Assembly (NCBI GenBank): GCA_020725585.1
Contig: DYES01000031.1
Coordinates: forward strand, 889 to 64,888
Origin: Desulfovirgula sp.
GTDB lineage: Bacteria > Bacillota > Desulfotomaculia > Desulfotomaculales > Nap2-2B
Direction: 5' to 3'
DNA: 64,000 nucleotides
Part shown: one piece after another, positions 18,701-26,670 of the stretch
Layout: the number at the start of each line of letters is the position of its first letter
How positions within the stretch are numbered: position 1 is the first letter of the stretch
Program-made: the position numbers and the translations under genes
The notes under the pieces: generated by a model
Databases searched by the model: none
Told to the model about the DNA's origin: nothing
Seen by the model: the letters and a program-made list of their open reading frames with translations, nothing else

Positions 18701-19354
18701 AAAGAAGCGGATGGAATCCACCTCGTCGTCAAAAAATTCTACACGCACCGGCTGCTCAAAAGTCATCGGGAAAATGTCGATAATTCCGCCCCGGCTGCTA
18801 AACTGCCCCCTTAACTCCACCAGCTCCACGCGCTCGTAGCCGCATTCAAGAAGCCTGTGCTTGAGCTCCTCCGGATCGACTCTTTCTCCGACTTGCAAGG
18901 AAATTTTGGCCTGGGAAAACATTTCCGGAGGGGAAAGACGCCGCAGGAGGGCCTCCACCGGGGCAACGATGACCAGATTTTGGTCGCCACGCGCCAAAGC
19001 CTCCAAAACTTTCAGGCGCTGCGCGGCTACATCCTGATCCCGCGCCAGAACGTGCCCGGCTAGCAGCTGCCAGGCAGCAAACTGATATGTCCGCACGTCG
19101 GGCAATAAAGCGTTTAACTCATCGACCAGATTGATGCTTTCCGCATCCCCCGGAGTAATCACCAGCACGGGACATTCGGCGGACGAAACCAGGCCGCCCA
19201 GGACGTAACTAAGCTGGGAACCGGAAAGCCCAAAGACCATTTGTTTGCTGAGATCCTTTTGCAAACCTTTGGCCAAACTTTTAAATTCTGGCGTTTCCCT
19301 TAAGGGCTGAAGCAATCCTTTCACGTTTTCCACCTGTTCCTCAAAAAGGATCAC
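15800..19354 (-). CDS. mfd: Transcription-repair coupling factor
   Basis: 1184 aa. UvrB-homology N-terminus, CarD/TRCF RNAP-interacting domain (DYVVHVNHGIGRY), superfamily-2 helicase motifs (GDVGYGKTE, VVDEEQRFG, TATPIPRT) and TRG motif. Confidence 0.95.
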   Translation of the reverse strand: MILFEEQVENVKGLLQPLRETPEFKSLAKGLQKDLSKQMVFGLSGSQLSYVLGGLVSSAECPVLVITPGDAESINLVDELNALLPDVRTYQFAAWQLLAGHVLARDQDVAAQRLKVLEALARGDQNLVIVAPVEALLRRLSPPEMFSQAKISLQVGERVDPEELKHRLLECGYERVELVELRGQFSSRGGIIDIFPMTFEQPVRVEFFDDEVDSIRFFDAESQRSEKRVDGVSFYAATELVIDDEIRMRALEKLEAEYNNQLKKISKTKFGAEAKALQAELAERMISQLAAGGFSIEWEQYLPYFYSRQHTLLDYLPPKSIVVVNDPLRLKEIVESIHKEREQTYTDLLTAGKVLPGQFHSYADWSKLNDGLARQRVIYVSFLPRQPKDIYPQNVITFATRGMQTFLGRLDMLASEIQRYKRMGYAVVLLVNTEERARHLQEYLRDAQIDAFCVRTLTQEVRPGNVVISLGRLINGFELISGKLSVITENEIYGELRPPRRERYRKAKETVPLADLKPGDYVVHVNHGIGRYQGVVSLCIEGVQKDYLLIQYAGEDKLYVPVDQIGLIQKYLGAEGVAPRLSRLGSNEWSRVKSRVKEAVREMADELLALYAARQKLPGHAFAPDTVWQKEFEANFPYEETPDQWRAIAEVKADMERPRPMDRLLCGDVGYGKTEIALRAAFKAVVEGKQVAVLVPTTVLAQQHYNTFRERFAGFPVTIEMLSRFRSPKEQRQVIAAIKEGKVDIVIGTHRLVQEDVTFKNLGLVVVDEEQRFGVAHKERLKQLKQDVDVLTLTATPIPRTLHMSLIGIRDTSLLETPPENRFPVQTYVLEEDPVLIREAIRRELGRGGQVFFVYNRVADLDRVAAWLQGLVPEARIAIAHGQMREDDLEQVMMDFIEGLYDILVCTTIIENGLDIPNVNTLIVKDAQNLGLAQLYQLRGRVGRSNRLAYAYFTFRRDQVLSELAEKRLAAIREFTEFGSGYKIAMRDLEIRGAGNLLGPEQHGHIAAVGFDLYCRLLAEAVQEAKGEPVQRPLETTVELPVEAYIPDDYIPDANQKVDIYRRLAAVRKEEEVSDLEEELVDRFGDLPASTRNLLAVAQLRVLAGRLGIKSIIGQDGGYRLQFYPEHALDGETLVSIGKEYYNRVKFANSDGFEIRLRTRVPPSEPLTYLGNLKEFLHRLQGMG

Positions 19355-19520
19355 GCAAGAAGAGCTTTAGCATGGCTAAAGCCCTCCCGAAATGGTTGTG
19401 GTGATTAGAGAGAAGTCAGAGCTGCTCTTTGGAGATTGTGAATTATCTAACATCTACGGGAAAAGTACACCTTATCTTGCTCTTTAAGTATAAATTCCTT
19501 CTTAATTAAATCTTTTTATT

Positions 19521-19586
19521 TTATATCCCGGTTTTATATCCCGGAATTTTTATTTTTTCTTCTTCCTCATTTTCATTATATCCCGC
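19521..19586. repeat. Three direct copies of TTATATCCCG(G/C) in the mfd upstream/leader region
   Basis: Copies at 19521-19531, 19534-19544 and 19576-19586. The third contains the -10 of the candidate mfd promoter on the minus strand (GGGATATAAT). Confidence 0.6.
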
Positions 19587-19603
19587 AATTTTCCGGGCGT
19601 CAA
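19575..19603 (-). promoter_or_regulatory. Candidate sigma-A promoter for mfd (TTGACG-17 nt-TATAAT)
   Basis: Minus strand TTGACGcccggaaaattgcgggaTATAAT. The -35 lies in the 3' arm of the hairpin GGGCGTCAA...TTGACGCCC that follows the upstream gene. Confidence 0.5.
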
Positions 19604-19627
19604 GCAAGGCACATTGACGCCCGTAAA

Positions 19628-20026
19628 CTAGCTCAGCTTGAACACAACAAAGGCATTCCAGCTCAAATGCAAAACGTAGCCGCCCGCTAAAGCCAGCCAG
19701 AAAAACCCGGTCGCCTGAAAAATAAAAAACGCCGCCAAACCAAAAAACAGGTGGCCGGCCAGACCGGCCAGGCCCGCATAGATACCCCGTTTGCCGCCTC
19801 CTGTGATATCCCAGAGCGCCTCCAAAAAACCAAAGGTAAGGTGCGTCAACCAGATGGGGGCGCCCAGCAAAACGGCTAAACCTGTTTTAGCGCTTTCTTC
19901 AACGGCAGGCGCGAGATAAACCACCGCCTTGCCGCACGCCGCCAGGCCAACAAAAATACTATTGCTCAACCACGACACGGCAGCCGCCAGCAAACCGGCC
20001 CAGGCGGCCAGGACATATTCAACCAT
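19628..20026 (-). CDS. Small polytopic membrane protein, possibly a truncated CPBP/PrsW-like intramembrane protease fold
   Basis: 132 aa with about four hydrophobic helices. Contains EESAK (EExxK/R-like) and HLSWN (HxxxN-like) motifs. The function call is weak. Confidence 0.4.
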   Translation of the reverse strand: MVEYVLAAWAGLLAAAVSWLSNSIFVGLAACGKAVVYLAPAVEESAKTGLAVLLGAPIWLTHLTFGFLEALWDITGGGKRGIYAGLAGLAGHLFFGLAAFFIFQATGFFWLALAGGYVLHLSWNAFVVFKLS

Positions 20027-20324
20027 ATTTATCCCATGATATACAATATTATTTTTGAAAATGATTTTTTATATACACCGCCTAAAAAAGAGCGTATTTC
20101 CATGATCCGCCACCGGACTTAAAATTAGTCCCGCGTAATTCAAACACTGGTTGCCAGACGTCAGTCACTCGCTTTAAAAAATAAAAATAAATATGCTTTC
20201 TCGCTACCGGTATTTATTATGAACTATCGTAAAGATTTACTTAAAAAAGCGAAAAAATAAGCCTTGCTATATAATTTAAAAAATAATAAGATTGTTTTAT
20301 ATGTTTTGCGGAAAGGGGAAAACC

Positions 20325-20819
20325 ATGCTTTTAAGTTACGCCAGGAATAAACACGCCAGCGCCAGCGACCGTCCTGACGGCGATCTTCTTGTAAAAGCCG
20401 CCGTACAAGAAACCTTTTTTGCGGCGAAAGTGGAAATGGTGGTAAAAATACCTGATTTAGAAATAAGTTCCGTGGAAGGTGTAATCGAAAGATGCTTTAC
20501 CGGCGAATGCCGGCAAACAATCCCCTTATTACAACAGGTCGTCGGTCTGCGCATTGGTTCTGGAATTATTAAACTGGTCAATAATTTTGTGGGCGGTCCC
20601 CACGGCTGTCCCCGGCTGGCCGACCTGGTCCTGGAATGCTGCGAACAGGTCATTTTGCGGTATACAGTCGAGCCCCTCGGGGAGATTTTATCCAAAAAAG
20701 GTAACGAATTGAAGACGGCCTATCAAGAATTCCTCACCCAAAATCCCAGGCTGATCAACAGCTGTATAGCCTTCGCCGAAGGAAGTCCTTTAAGAGAAGG
20801 GATAGATGCAGAAAGTTAA
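20325..20819 (+). CDS. DUF2889-like Cys-rich protein, paralog 1
   Basis: The track ORF begins at 20292. I prefer the ATG at 20325, after GAAAGGGGAAAACC. Motif GGPHGCPRLADLVLECCEQV resembles the G-C-x-H/R-L-x-x-L signature I recall for DUF2889. It is a clear paralog of the next gene. Confidence 0.5.
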   Translation: MLLSYARNKHASASDRPDGDLLVKAAVQETFFAAKVEMVVKIPDLEISSVEGVIERCFTGECRQTIPLLQQVVGLRIGSGIIKLVNNFVGGPHGCPRLADLVLECCEQVILRYTVEPLGEILSKKGNELKTAYQEFLTQNPRLINSCIAFAEGSPLREGIDAES

Positions 20820-20893
20820 AAAAACAAACAAACAACTCCCTCCGAGAAACTTGCTATAACTTAACATACCGCTATTCGGAAAGGAGATAGAAA

Positions 20894-21355
20894 ATGCTTG
20901 GATTCAGCAGGACGAAATGGGTGGGCGTCGAACGCCCCGACCCGGAAACCTTTTTTGCCCACGGCATCCTGGAAGACAATATCTACGGAATGGAATTAGA
21001 CGTTTGGGTCAAGACTCCGGAATTTGTCATTACCCGCCTCGAAGGAAAAATGCGCCGGGTAACCACCCCGGTTTGCGAGCAGGCGCTCCCCGTTTTAAAA
21101 AACGCCCGCGGCCTTTCCATAAATTCTCCCGACTTAATCAGCACGGTAAACCGCAAGGTGGGGCGGGAAGGCTGCCGTCACCTGGCCAACCTGCTCCTGG
21201 AATGCTGCGACGCCATTATGCGCTGTGCCCTTTATGAGCGTTGGGGGGAATTAAAGAAAAAGGGTGCGGCCAAAGACCCCGGCGCTTATCTAAAAGAGCA
21301 GCTTAAGATCTTCCCCGGTCTTCAAAACCACTGCCGCACACTCTTCAACGCTTAA
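20894..21355 (+). CDS. DUF2889-like Cys-rich protein, paralog 2
   Basis: 153 aa, RBS GGAAAGGAGAT. GREGCRHLANLLLECCDAIM aligns with paralog 1. The cysteines shared by the two are VCEQ/ECRQ, GC, ECC and NHC/NSC. Confidence 0.5.
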   Translation: MLGFSRTKWVGVERPDPETFFAHGILEDNIYGMELDVWVKTPEFVITRLEGKMRRVTTPVCEQALPVLKNARGLSINSPDLISTVNRKVGREGCRHLANLLLECCDAIMRCALYERWGELKKKGAAKDPGAYLKEQLKIFPGLQNHCRTLFNA

Positions 21356-21377
21356 AGCAGAGCGGGAGGAGCCAGCG

Positions 21378-22007
21378 ATGATCATCGATCTGCACGTTCA
21401 CACAAAAGCCCTTTCCCCCTGCAGCAGCCTTGACCCGGAAGAGGCCATCCAGGAAGCAAAGCGCATTGGGCTGGACGGCATCTGCTTCACTGAGCACGGC
21501 AAACTCTGGGATGCCCAAGATCTGGAACGCCTGAGTAATAAGTGGCATTTCCCGCTTTTTTGCGGGGTAGAAGTGGAAACCAGGGACGGGCATCTGCTTA
21601 TCTTTGGGCTGGATAACATTCCGCCGGGCATACCGGCGCCGGCGGACCTGCGGAAAGCTGTTGACGGTGCGGGCGGGGTAATGATCGCCGCCCATCCCTT
21701 CCGGGGGTTTTTGCTTTTTGGTTTTGCCGACTTGTCAATGACCCTGGAAAGCGCCTGCAAAAGGCGTGTTTTTCAACTTGTCGACGCCCTGGAGACACAC
21801 AGCGGCAAGTCCACCAAGAAAGAAAACGACCTGGCCCAGGCCGTCGGGCAGAAAACTTCCTTAAAAAGCGTCGGCGGCAGCGACGCCCATACCATTTCGG
21901 AATTAGGGCGCTGCGTGACTGTCTTTGCGCACCCCATCAAAAGCCAAGCTGACCTGATTGCCGAATTAAAAAGAGGAAATTTCCGGGCGGATTATTTTCG
22001 CCGCTAA
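21378..22007 (+). CDS. PHP-domain metal-dependent phosphoesterase
   Basis: 209 aa. N-terminal MIIDLHVHT, then FTEHG, AAHPFR, THSG and GGSDAH histidine/aspartate clusters typical of the PHP fold. RBS GGGAGGAG. Confidence 0.7.
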   Translation: MIIDLHVHTKALSPCSSLDPEEAIQEAKRIGLDGICFTEHGKLWDAQDLERLSNKWHFPLFCGVEVETRDGHLLIFGLDNIPPGIPAPADLRKAVDGAGGVMIAAHPFRGFLLFGFADLSMTLESACKRRVFQLVDALETHSGKSTKKENDLAQAVGQKTSLKSVGGSDAHTISELGRCVTVFAHPIKSQADLIAELKRGNFRADYFRR

Positions 22008-22063
22008 CCATTGGTGGACACATATATGGCAAATACTAAACAACTGGAGAAAGGAGAAAAATA

Positions 22064-22894
22064 ATGGACAATCATAATACCGGATGGACAACACTAATCA
22101 GAAAGATCGAAGCCCTCTTGAGGCTGAAAACTTTTCCCGTCGGGCTAAAGCTCCTGGAAGACCCGGAAGAACTGGCGAAAAACAGGTGGGTGCGCCGCCC
22201 CCAGGCAAAAATGACCCTCTGTCAATTGATTACCGTTGTCCGCACCTTTGACTGGACGGTGGGAGCTACAGCGGACGACCTGCTGCCGCTGAACGTGTGC
22301 GCTTCGATCATCGGCCTGGCCGAACCGCCCGCCCAGGTCAAAAACGGCACCTTTCGCAGCCTGGTCTGGTGCAAAACCAAAGAAGACGCCAGAAAATGCG
22401 AGGAAGCCATCCCCCGCATACCTCCCGGCAGGTTCCGGGCGGTCTTGCTGGCCCCCCAGGTGTACGGTTCCTTCGAGCCTGACCTTGTACTCCTTTACGG
22501 CAACCCCGCCCAAATGATCCTGATCATCAACGCCCTGCAGTTTGAAGACTACGAACGCCTGCAGTTTTTCTGCGTTGGAGAAAGCTCCTGCGCCGACGCC
22601 ATCGCCCAGTGCTACCTGACCGGAAAGCCGGCGCTGACCATCCCCTGCTACGGCGAACGAAGGTACGGCCACGTTCAGGATGATGAGCTGGCCATTGCCC
22701 TCCCGCCGCAGCATGTCGAAAAGGTTGAGCGGAATTTAGAAGAACTTTACAAAAGAGGGGTGCAATATCCCATCTCTTACCTCGGCGCACTGTGCGATCC
22801 CCTTGCTGGCATGCCGCCCGCTTACCACAAAGTGGCCAGAGGTGAAAAAATTGACGGGCTGGGCATGCCGCCGCGCAAGATCACCAGGTGGTGA
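22064..22894 (+). CDS. DUF169 (COG2043) family protein
   Basis: 276 aa. The N-terminal ...IEALLRLKTFPVGLKLLEDPEE and Cys-rich central part (FFCVGESSCADAIAQCYLTGKPALTIPCYGERRYG) match my recollection of DUF169. RBS AAAGGAGAAAAATA. Confidence 0.55.
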   Translation: MDNHNTGWTTLIRKIEALLRLKTFPVGLKLLEDPEELAKNRWVRRPQAKMTLCQLITVVRTFDWTVGATADDLLPLNVCASIIGLAEPPAQVKNGTFRSLVWCKTKEDARKCEEAIPRIPPGRFRAVLLAPQVYGSFEPDLVLLYGNPAQMILIINALQFEDYERLQFFCVGESSCADAIAQCYLTGKPALTIPCYGERRYGHVQDDELAIALPPQHVEKVERNLEELYKRGVQYPISYLGALCDPLAGMPPAYHKVARGEKIDGLGMPPRKITRW

Positions 22895-22937
22895 ACCAAG
22901 CCCGCACCCTATGATTGCGCCCAGAAAAATTATAATA

Positions 22938-23054
22938 TTATGGCTATAACCTTTGCTTTAGACCGCCAAAACCTGGCTTCGTCCAAGAGGAGCATCTTTT
23001 AAGCGCGGTGGACGAACGCCAGGTAAGGTTTGTCTTAAAGAAAGGCAATAACCA
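22938..23054 (+). repeat. Palindromic intergenic repeat, copy B
   Basis: TTATGGCTATAACCTTTGCTTTAGACCGCCAAAACCTGGCTTCGTCCAA-GAGGAGCATCTTTTAAGCGCG-GTGGACGAACGCCAGGTAAGGTTTGTCTTAAAGAAAGGCAATAACCA, with both inner and outer inverted arms. Confidence 0.8.
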
Positions 23055-23082
23055 AAAAGTTATTTGCAAAGGAGGACAGGCC

Positions 23083-23799
23083 GTGAAGCCCGAAGAAAGG
23101 CTGATCTGCGCGCTGGACTTTGAAAACGCTGCGCAGGCGAAAGAAATGGTGGAATATCTGGAGGGAATCGTCAACTTTTTTAAAATCGGGATCGTCCTCT
23201 TTGCCGCAAGCGGGCCGGAAATAGTAAAATGGCTTCTGGACAGAGGGAAGAAAGTCTTTTTGGATTTAAAATTTCACGACATCCCTGAAACGGTGGAAAA
23301 AGCCGTGGCGCAGGTGTCCGCCCTGGGGGTTTCCTTTCTTACCATCCACGGCAACGCACAAATTATTAAAAACGCCGTAAGGGGCCGCGGCAGCACCACC
23401 CTGAAATTACTGGCGGTGACCGTCTTAACCAGCCTGGACGCCGCTGATTTAAAGGATCTGGGCTTCCCGTGCTCCGTGGACCAGCTGGTCCTCTACAGGG
23501 CAAAAAAAGCCGTCGAGTACGGCTGCGACGGGGTGGTCGCCGCCGGCCGGGAGGCGGGGTTGCTGAGGAGGGAATTGGGGAGCAGGCCGTTGATCGTCAC
23601 GCCGGGGATTCGCCCGTCCGGCCGGCCGGAAAAAACTGAAACCGACCTCCACAAAAGAGCGGTCACGCCAAAGGAAGCAATTTCGGCGGGAGCTGATTAT
23701 CTGGTGGTGGGCAGGCCGATCATCAAAGCGCCCGACCCGCGCCGGGCGGCTGCCGAAATCATAGCACAAATTAACGGCGCGCAATTTCCAAAAGATTAG
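23083..23799 (+). CDS. pyrF: Orotidine 5'-phosphate decarboxylase
   Basis: LICALDF..., KIG..., LDLKFHDIP and VVGRPI motifs. I chose the GTG at 23083 after AAAGGAGGA, because the upstream 25 codons of the track ORF are made of repeat copy B. Confidence 0.85.
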   Translation: MKPEERLICALDFENAAQAKEMVEYLEGIVNFFKIGIVLFAASGPEIVKWLLDRGKKVFLDLKFHDIPETVEKAVAQVSALGVSFLTIHGNAQIIKNAVRGRGSTTLKLLAVTVLTSLDAADLKDLGFPCSVDQLVLYRAKKAVEYGCDGVVAAGREAGLLRRELGSRPLIVTPGIRPSGRPEKTETDLHKRAVTPKEAISAGADYLVVGRPIIKAPDPRRAAAEIIAQINGAQFPKD

Positions 23800-24275
23800 G
23801 GGAGAAGATCTTTCCACATAATGAGCGCATCCTCCCCGGTATCTTCGTAATAACCCTTGCGCCGCCCCTCCTGGCGAAAACCCAGGCTCGTATAAAGCCC
23901 GATCGCCACCTGATTGGAAGCGCGCACTTCCAGCGTCATCCGGGCCGCTCCCAAAAGGGCGGCCCGCAAAATCAGTTCCCCGAGCAAAAGGCGTCCCACA
24001 CCTAACCTGCGGTAATCCGGGTGCACGGCCAGGTTGGTAACGTGGGCCTCCTCCAGGATCAGCCACATGCCCGCGTAGCCAACCACCTTTTTTTCTGCCA
24101 GGGCGACCACGTAATAAGCCAGGTTGTTTTGCAGTTCGTGGAGAAAAGATATCCTGGGCCAGGGGGTGGGAAAGGAAAGCTTCTCAATACAATACACTTC
24201 GTCAACGTGCTCCTCCCGCATGGCCGTCAGGTAAATTTCTAAATTCCCGGCGTGGACTTTTGTTTTTGCCGCCAT
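23796..24275 (-). CDS. rimI: Ribosomal-protein-alanine N-acetyltransferase (GNAT)
   Basis: 159 aa GNAT (RRLGVGRLLL acetyl-CoA loop). It sits downstream of tsaB-tsaE in the conserved cluster. Confidence 0.8.
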   Translation of the reverse strand: MAAKTKVHAGNLEIYLTAMREEHVDEVYCIEKLSFPTPWPRISFLHELQNNLAYYVVALAEKKVVGYAGMWLILEEAHVTNLAVHPDYRRLGVGRLLLGELILRAALLGAARMTLEVRASNQVAIGLYTSLGFRQEGRRKGYYEDTGEDALIMWKDLLP

Positions 24276-24958
24276 TTAATTTCCGCCTCAGACGCGCGCA
24301 GGTAGAGGGGCGCCAGCAAAAGAGGGTCGCTGGTCTTGTTTGCCAGGAGCTTTCGCCGACCCATTCCGGCTACTGCCGCCCCCCGGGGGAGGGAAAGTTC
24401 CCCCGGCGCAAAAATAACCCGATCGCCCAAACATTCGCTAAATATTTCTTTATAAGTCAAGGCGCCGTCGCCCACGAAAACAATCGCCGGGGAGAGTTTT
24501 TTTAACTGCGCAACCAGTTCTGCAGGGGTTCTCGACGCAGGTTCAATGATGGATTTGAGACTCCCTTCCGGAGAAGCGGAAAAGACGGCCGCATACACCT
24601 CATTTTTCCGGGCGTTGATCACCGGGCAAACCAGGTTTGAAAACCCCGCCAGCGGGTAGGCCAGTGCCTCTAACGTGCCCACCCCGACAAGCGGCAGGCT
24701 CCAGACCTGAGCAAGTGTTTTGGCCGTGGCCAAACCGATGCGCAGCCCGGTAAATGAACCGGGGCCGATGGATACAGCGATCCCCGACAATTGCCCGGAA
24801 CTGACTTGTGAATCTTCCAGAGCGCCCTTGATCATGAGCAGCAGATTTGTCGAATGAGTGCGCTGGTTGTTTAGAAAACGCTCGGCCAAGAGAACCTCGT
24901 CTTTGACCACCGCCACGCCAAGCACGGTGGTTGCCGCTTCAATCCCCAGCACAAACAA
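24239..24958 (-). CDS. tsaB: tRNA threonylcarbamoyladenosine biosynthesis protein TsaB
   Basis: 239 aa. N-terminal VLGIEAATTVLGVAV ASKHA-like fold lacking Kae1 metal ligands. Lies between tsaE and rimI. Confidence 0.8.
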   Translation of the reverse strand: MFVLGIEAATTVLGVAVVKDEVLLAERFLNNQRTHSTNLLLMIKGALEDSQVSSGQLSGIAVSIGPGSFTGLRIGLATAKTLAQVWSLPLVGVGTLEALAYPLAGFSNLVCPVINARKNEVYAAVFSASPEGSLKSIIEPASRTPAELVAQLKKLSPAIVFVGDGALTYKEIFSECLGDRVIFAPGELSLPRGAAVAGMGRRKLLANKTSDPLLLAPLYLRASEAEIKWRQKQKSTPGI

Positions 24959-25448
24959 GCCTCTTCAACTCCTCCGTCAGACGCCGATATCTTTCTCCAC
25001 GCGGTAAAAAAATGATTTTACGCGCATTTTCCGAACGGGGCACATTTTCAATCTGAATATCCAGCCTCTCGGGAGGGAGAATCTCTGCCACCCGCTCAGC
25101 CCACTCCACCAGGGTGACTCCGGAGCCGTAAAAATATTCCTCGCAACCCAGGTCAGCCATTTCCAGGGCATTGCTCAAGCGGTACGCATCCAGGTGGTAA
25201 AAGGGAAGACGCCCCTTGTACTCGTTAATCAGGGTAAAGGTCGGACTGGTGACTGCCTCGCGAACGCCCAGCCCGCGCGCAACCCCCTTGGCCAGCACCG
25301 TTTTCCCCGCACCTAACTCCCCGTTCACGCAGAGCAGGTCTCCGGGTTCGGCCAGACTTCCCAGCCGCTCGCCCAAAAATAACGTTTCGGCGGCGGAACC
25401 GGTTTTCACGGTCACCCTTTCGTTTTTCCGGCTCCGGCAAAATGTCAT
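24939..25448 (-). CDS. tsaE: tRNA threonylcarbamoyladenosine biosynthesis ATPase TsaE
   Basis: 169 aa with P-loop GELGAGKT and the SPTFTL, HLDAYR motifs. Confidence 0.85.
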   Translation of the reverse strand: MTFCRSRKNERVTVKTGSAAETLFLGERLGSLAEPGDLLCVNGELGAGKTVLAKGVARGLGVREAVTSPTFTLINEYKGRLPFYHLDAYRLSNALEMADLGCEEYFYGSGVTLVEWAERVAEILPPERLDIQIENVPRSENARKIIFLPRGERYRRLTEELKRLVCAGD

Positions 25449-25481
25449 CTGCTCTTCCCTTCTTCTTTCTTAGTCCTTAAT

Positions 25482-26492
25482 TTAGTCCTTAAAGTGATCA
25501 TAACCACCGCGTGGAAGAGGTATAACCTCGTTACCACCAAGCACCATGCTCAGCCCATCCTCCGCAGGGAGAATTTCGCCGATTAGATAACATTCTTCGT
25601 TGTGCGCGGCCATTTCCTTCTGGATAAGGGGGGCGCTGTCCCGAGGCGCCGTAAAAACCAGCTCAAAATCCTCCCCGCCGTACAGTATCCAGTCCAAAGG
25701 ATCCCGCCCCGCCATTTCCGCCGCTTTCTTCATCCGGAAATCAACCGGCAGGGCCGGCTTGCTGATCCGGCAGCCGACTCCGCTGGCCCGGCAAATTTCG
25801 TGCAGCTCGCTGGCCAGGCCGTCACTGATATCGTCCAGCGCCGTCACCTTCCCAGTTTTAGCCAGGACCCTGCCCGCGCCCACCCGGGCGCGGGGCTCCA
25901 AATGCGCCCGGCGCAAAAAATCACGCGTCTCAGGGCAAACCGGCACCTCCGGGTGGGCACATAAATACAACCCCGCCGCCGCATTGCCCAGCGTGCCGGT
26001 AACAAAAAGCAAGTCGCCCGGCCTCGCGCCGCTCCGGTAAATCGCCCGCCCCGCCTCCACTTCGCCGAGCAGGGCGACGTTGACAACCAGCCGCTCCGGG
26101 GACTTGACCGTATCCCCCCCCACTATATCTACGCCGTATTCGCGGGCGGCCCGCCTGACCCCGGCGTAAATCCCCTCCAGCGCTTCGACCGGGATGTGCA
26201 GGGGCACGCCCAGCGAAATAAGGGCGTGCATGGGCCACCCCCCCATGGCGGCGATATCGCTGACGCTGGCCACGACGGCTTTTAAACCCACCTGCTCCGG
26301 TGTAGCGTAGGCAAAAGAAAAGTGAACTCCCTCCACAAGCATGTCGGCAGTAAACAACAGCCACTTATCCTGGCCCACCTGCAGCACGGCCGCGTCATCG
26401 CCGATCCCCTTGATTACTTCCGGCCGGGAATCCACCAGGTCCCGGCTGAGCAATTCAATTAAACCAAACTCACCCAGAGAAGACAGGCGCAA
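25482..26492 (-). CDS. thiL: Thiamine-monophosphate kinase
   Basis: 336 aa AIR-synthase-like fold: LGEFGLI, GIGDDAAV, GGDT. TTG start. Confidence 0.85.
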   Translation of the reverse strand: MRLSSLGEFGLIELLSRDLVDSRPEVIKGIGDDAAVLQVGQDKWLLFTADMLVEGVHFSFAYATPEQVGLKAVVASVSDIAAMGGWPMHALISLGVPLHIPVEALEGIYAGVRRAAREYGVDIVGGDTVKSPERLVVNVALLGEVEAGRAIYRSGARPGDLLFVTGTLGNAAAGLYLCAHPEVPVCPETRDFLRRAHLEPRARVGAGRVLAKTGKVTALDDISDGLASELHEICRASGVGCRISKPALPVDFRMKKAAEMAGRDPLDWILYGGEDFELVFTAPRDSAPLIQKEMAAHNEECYLIGEILPAEDGLSMVLGGNEVIPLPRGGYDHFKD

Positions 26493-26670
26493 AAGCTATC
26501 TTCCGCTCCCTTCGTAAAAAAGATGTCCGCAAAAAAGCCGCCCGGACACCAATCACTTCGTTGCCCCCCATAACGACACGAAAGAGGCCGGCCGGTTCGT
26601 CTGCGCCGCAACGGGCGGTACAAAAACAAACCGGCGGACAACACCCCGTTTTAAAGGCCGCCAAACGGAA

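Noticed and set aside
22145-22714. 189 aa minus-strand ORF antisense to the DUF169 gene
   Set aside because: It has no RBS, and the plus-strand frame has an RBS and family-like motifs. Antisense artefact.
23449-24066. 205 aa minus-strand ORF overlapping the pyrF 3' half and rimI
   Set aside because: It crosses a convergent gene boundary, is Gly/Pro/Arg-rich, and has no motifs.
26493-26670. Possible riboswitch or structured RNA between the PK_C-like gene and thiL
   Set aside because: It is GC-rich with a few short complementary segments, but no recognisable conserved riboswitch core and no convincing terminator. Insufficient evidence.
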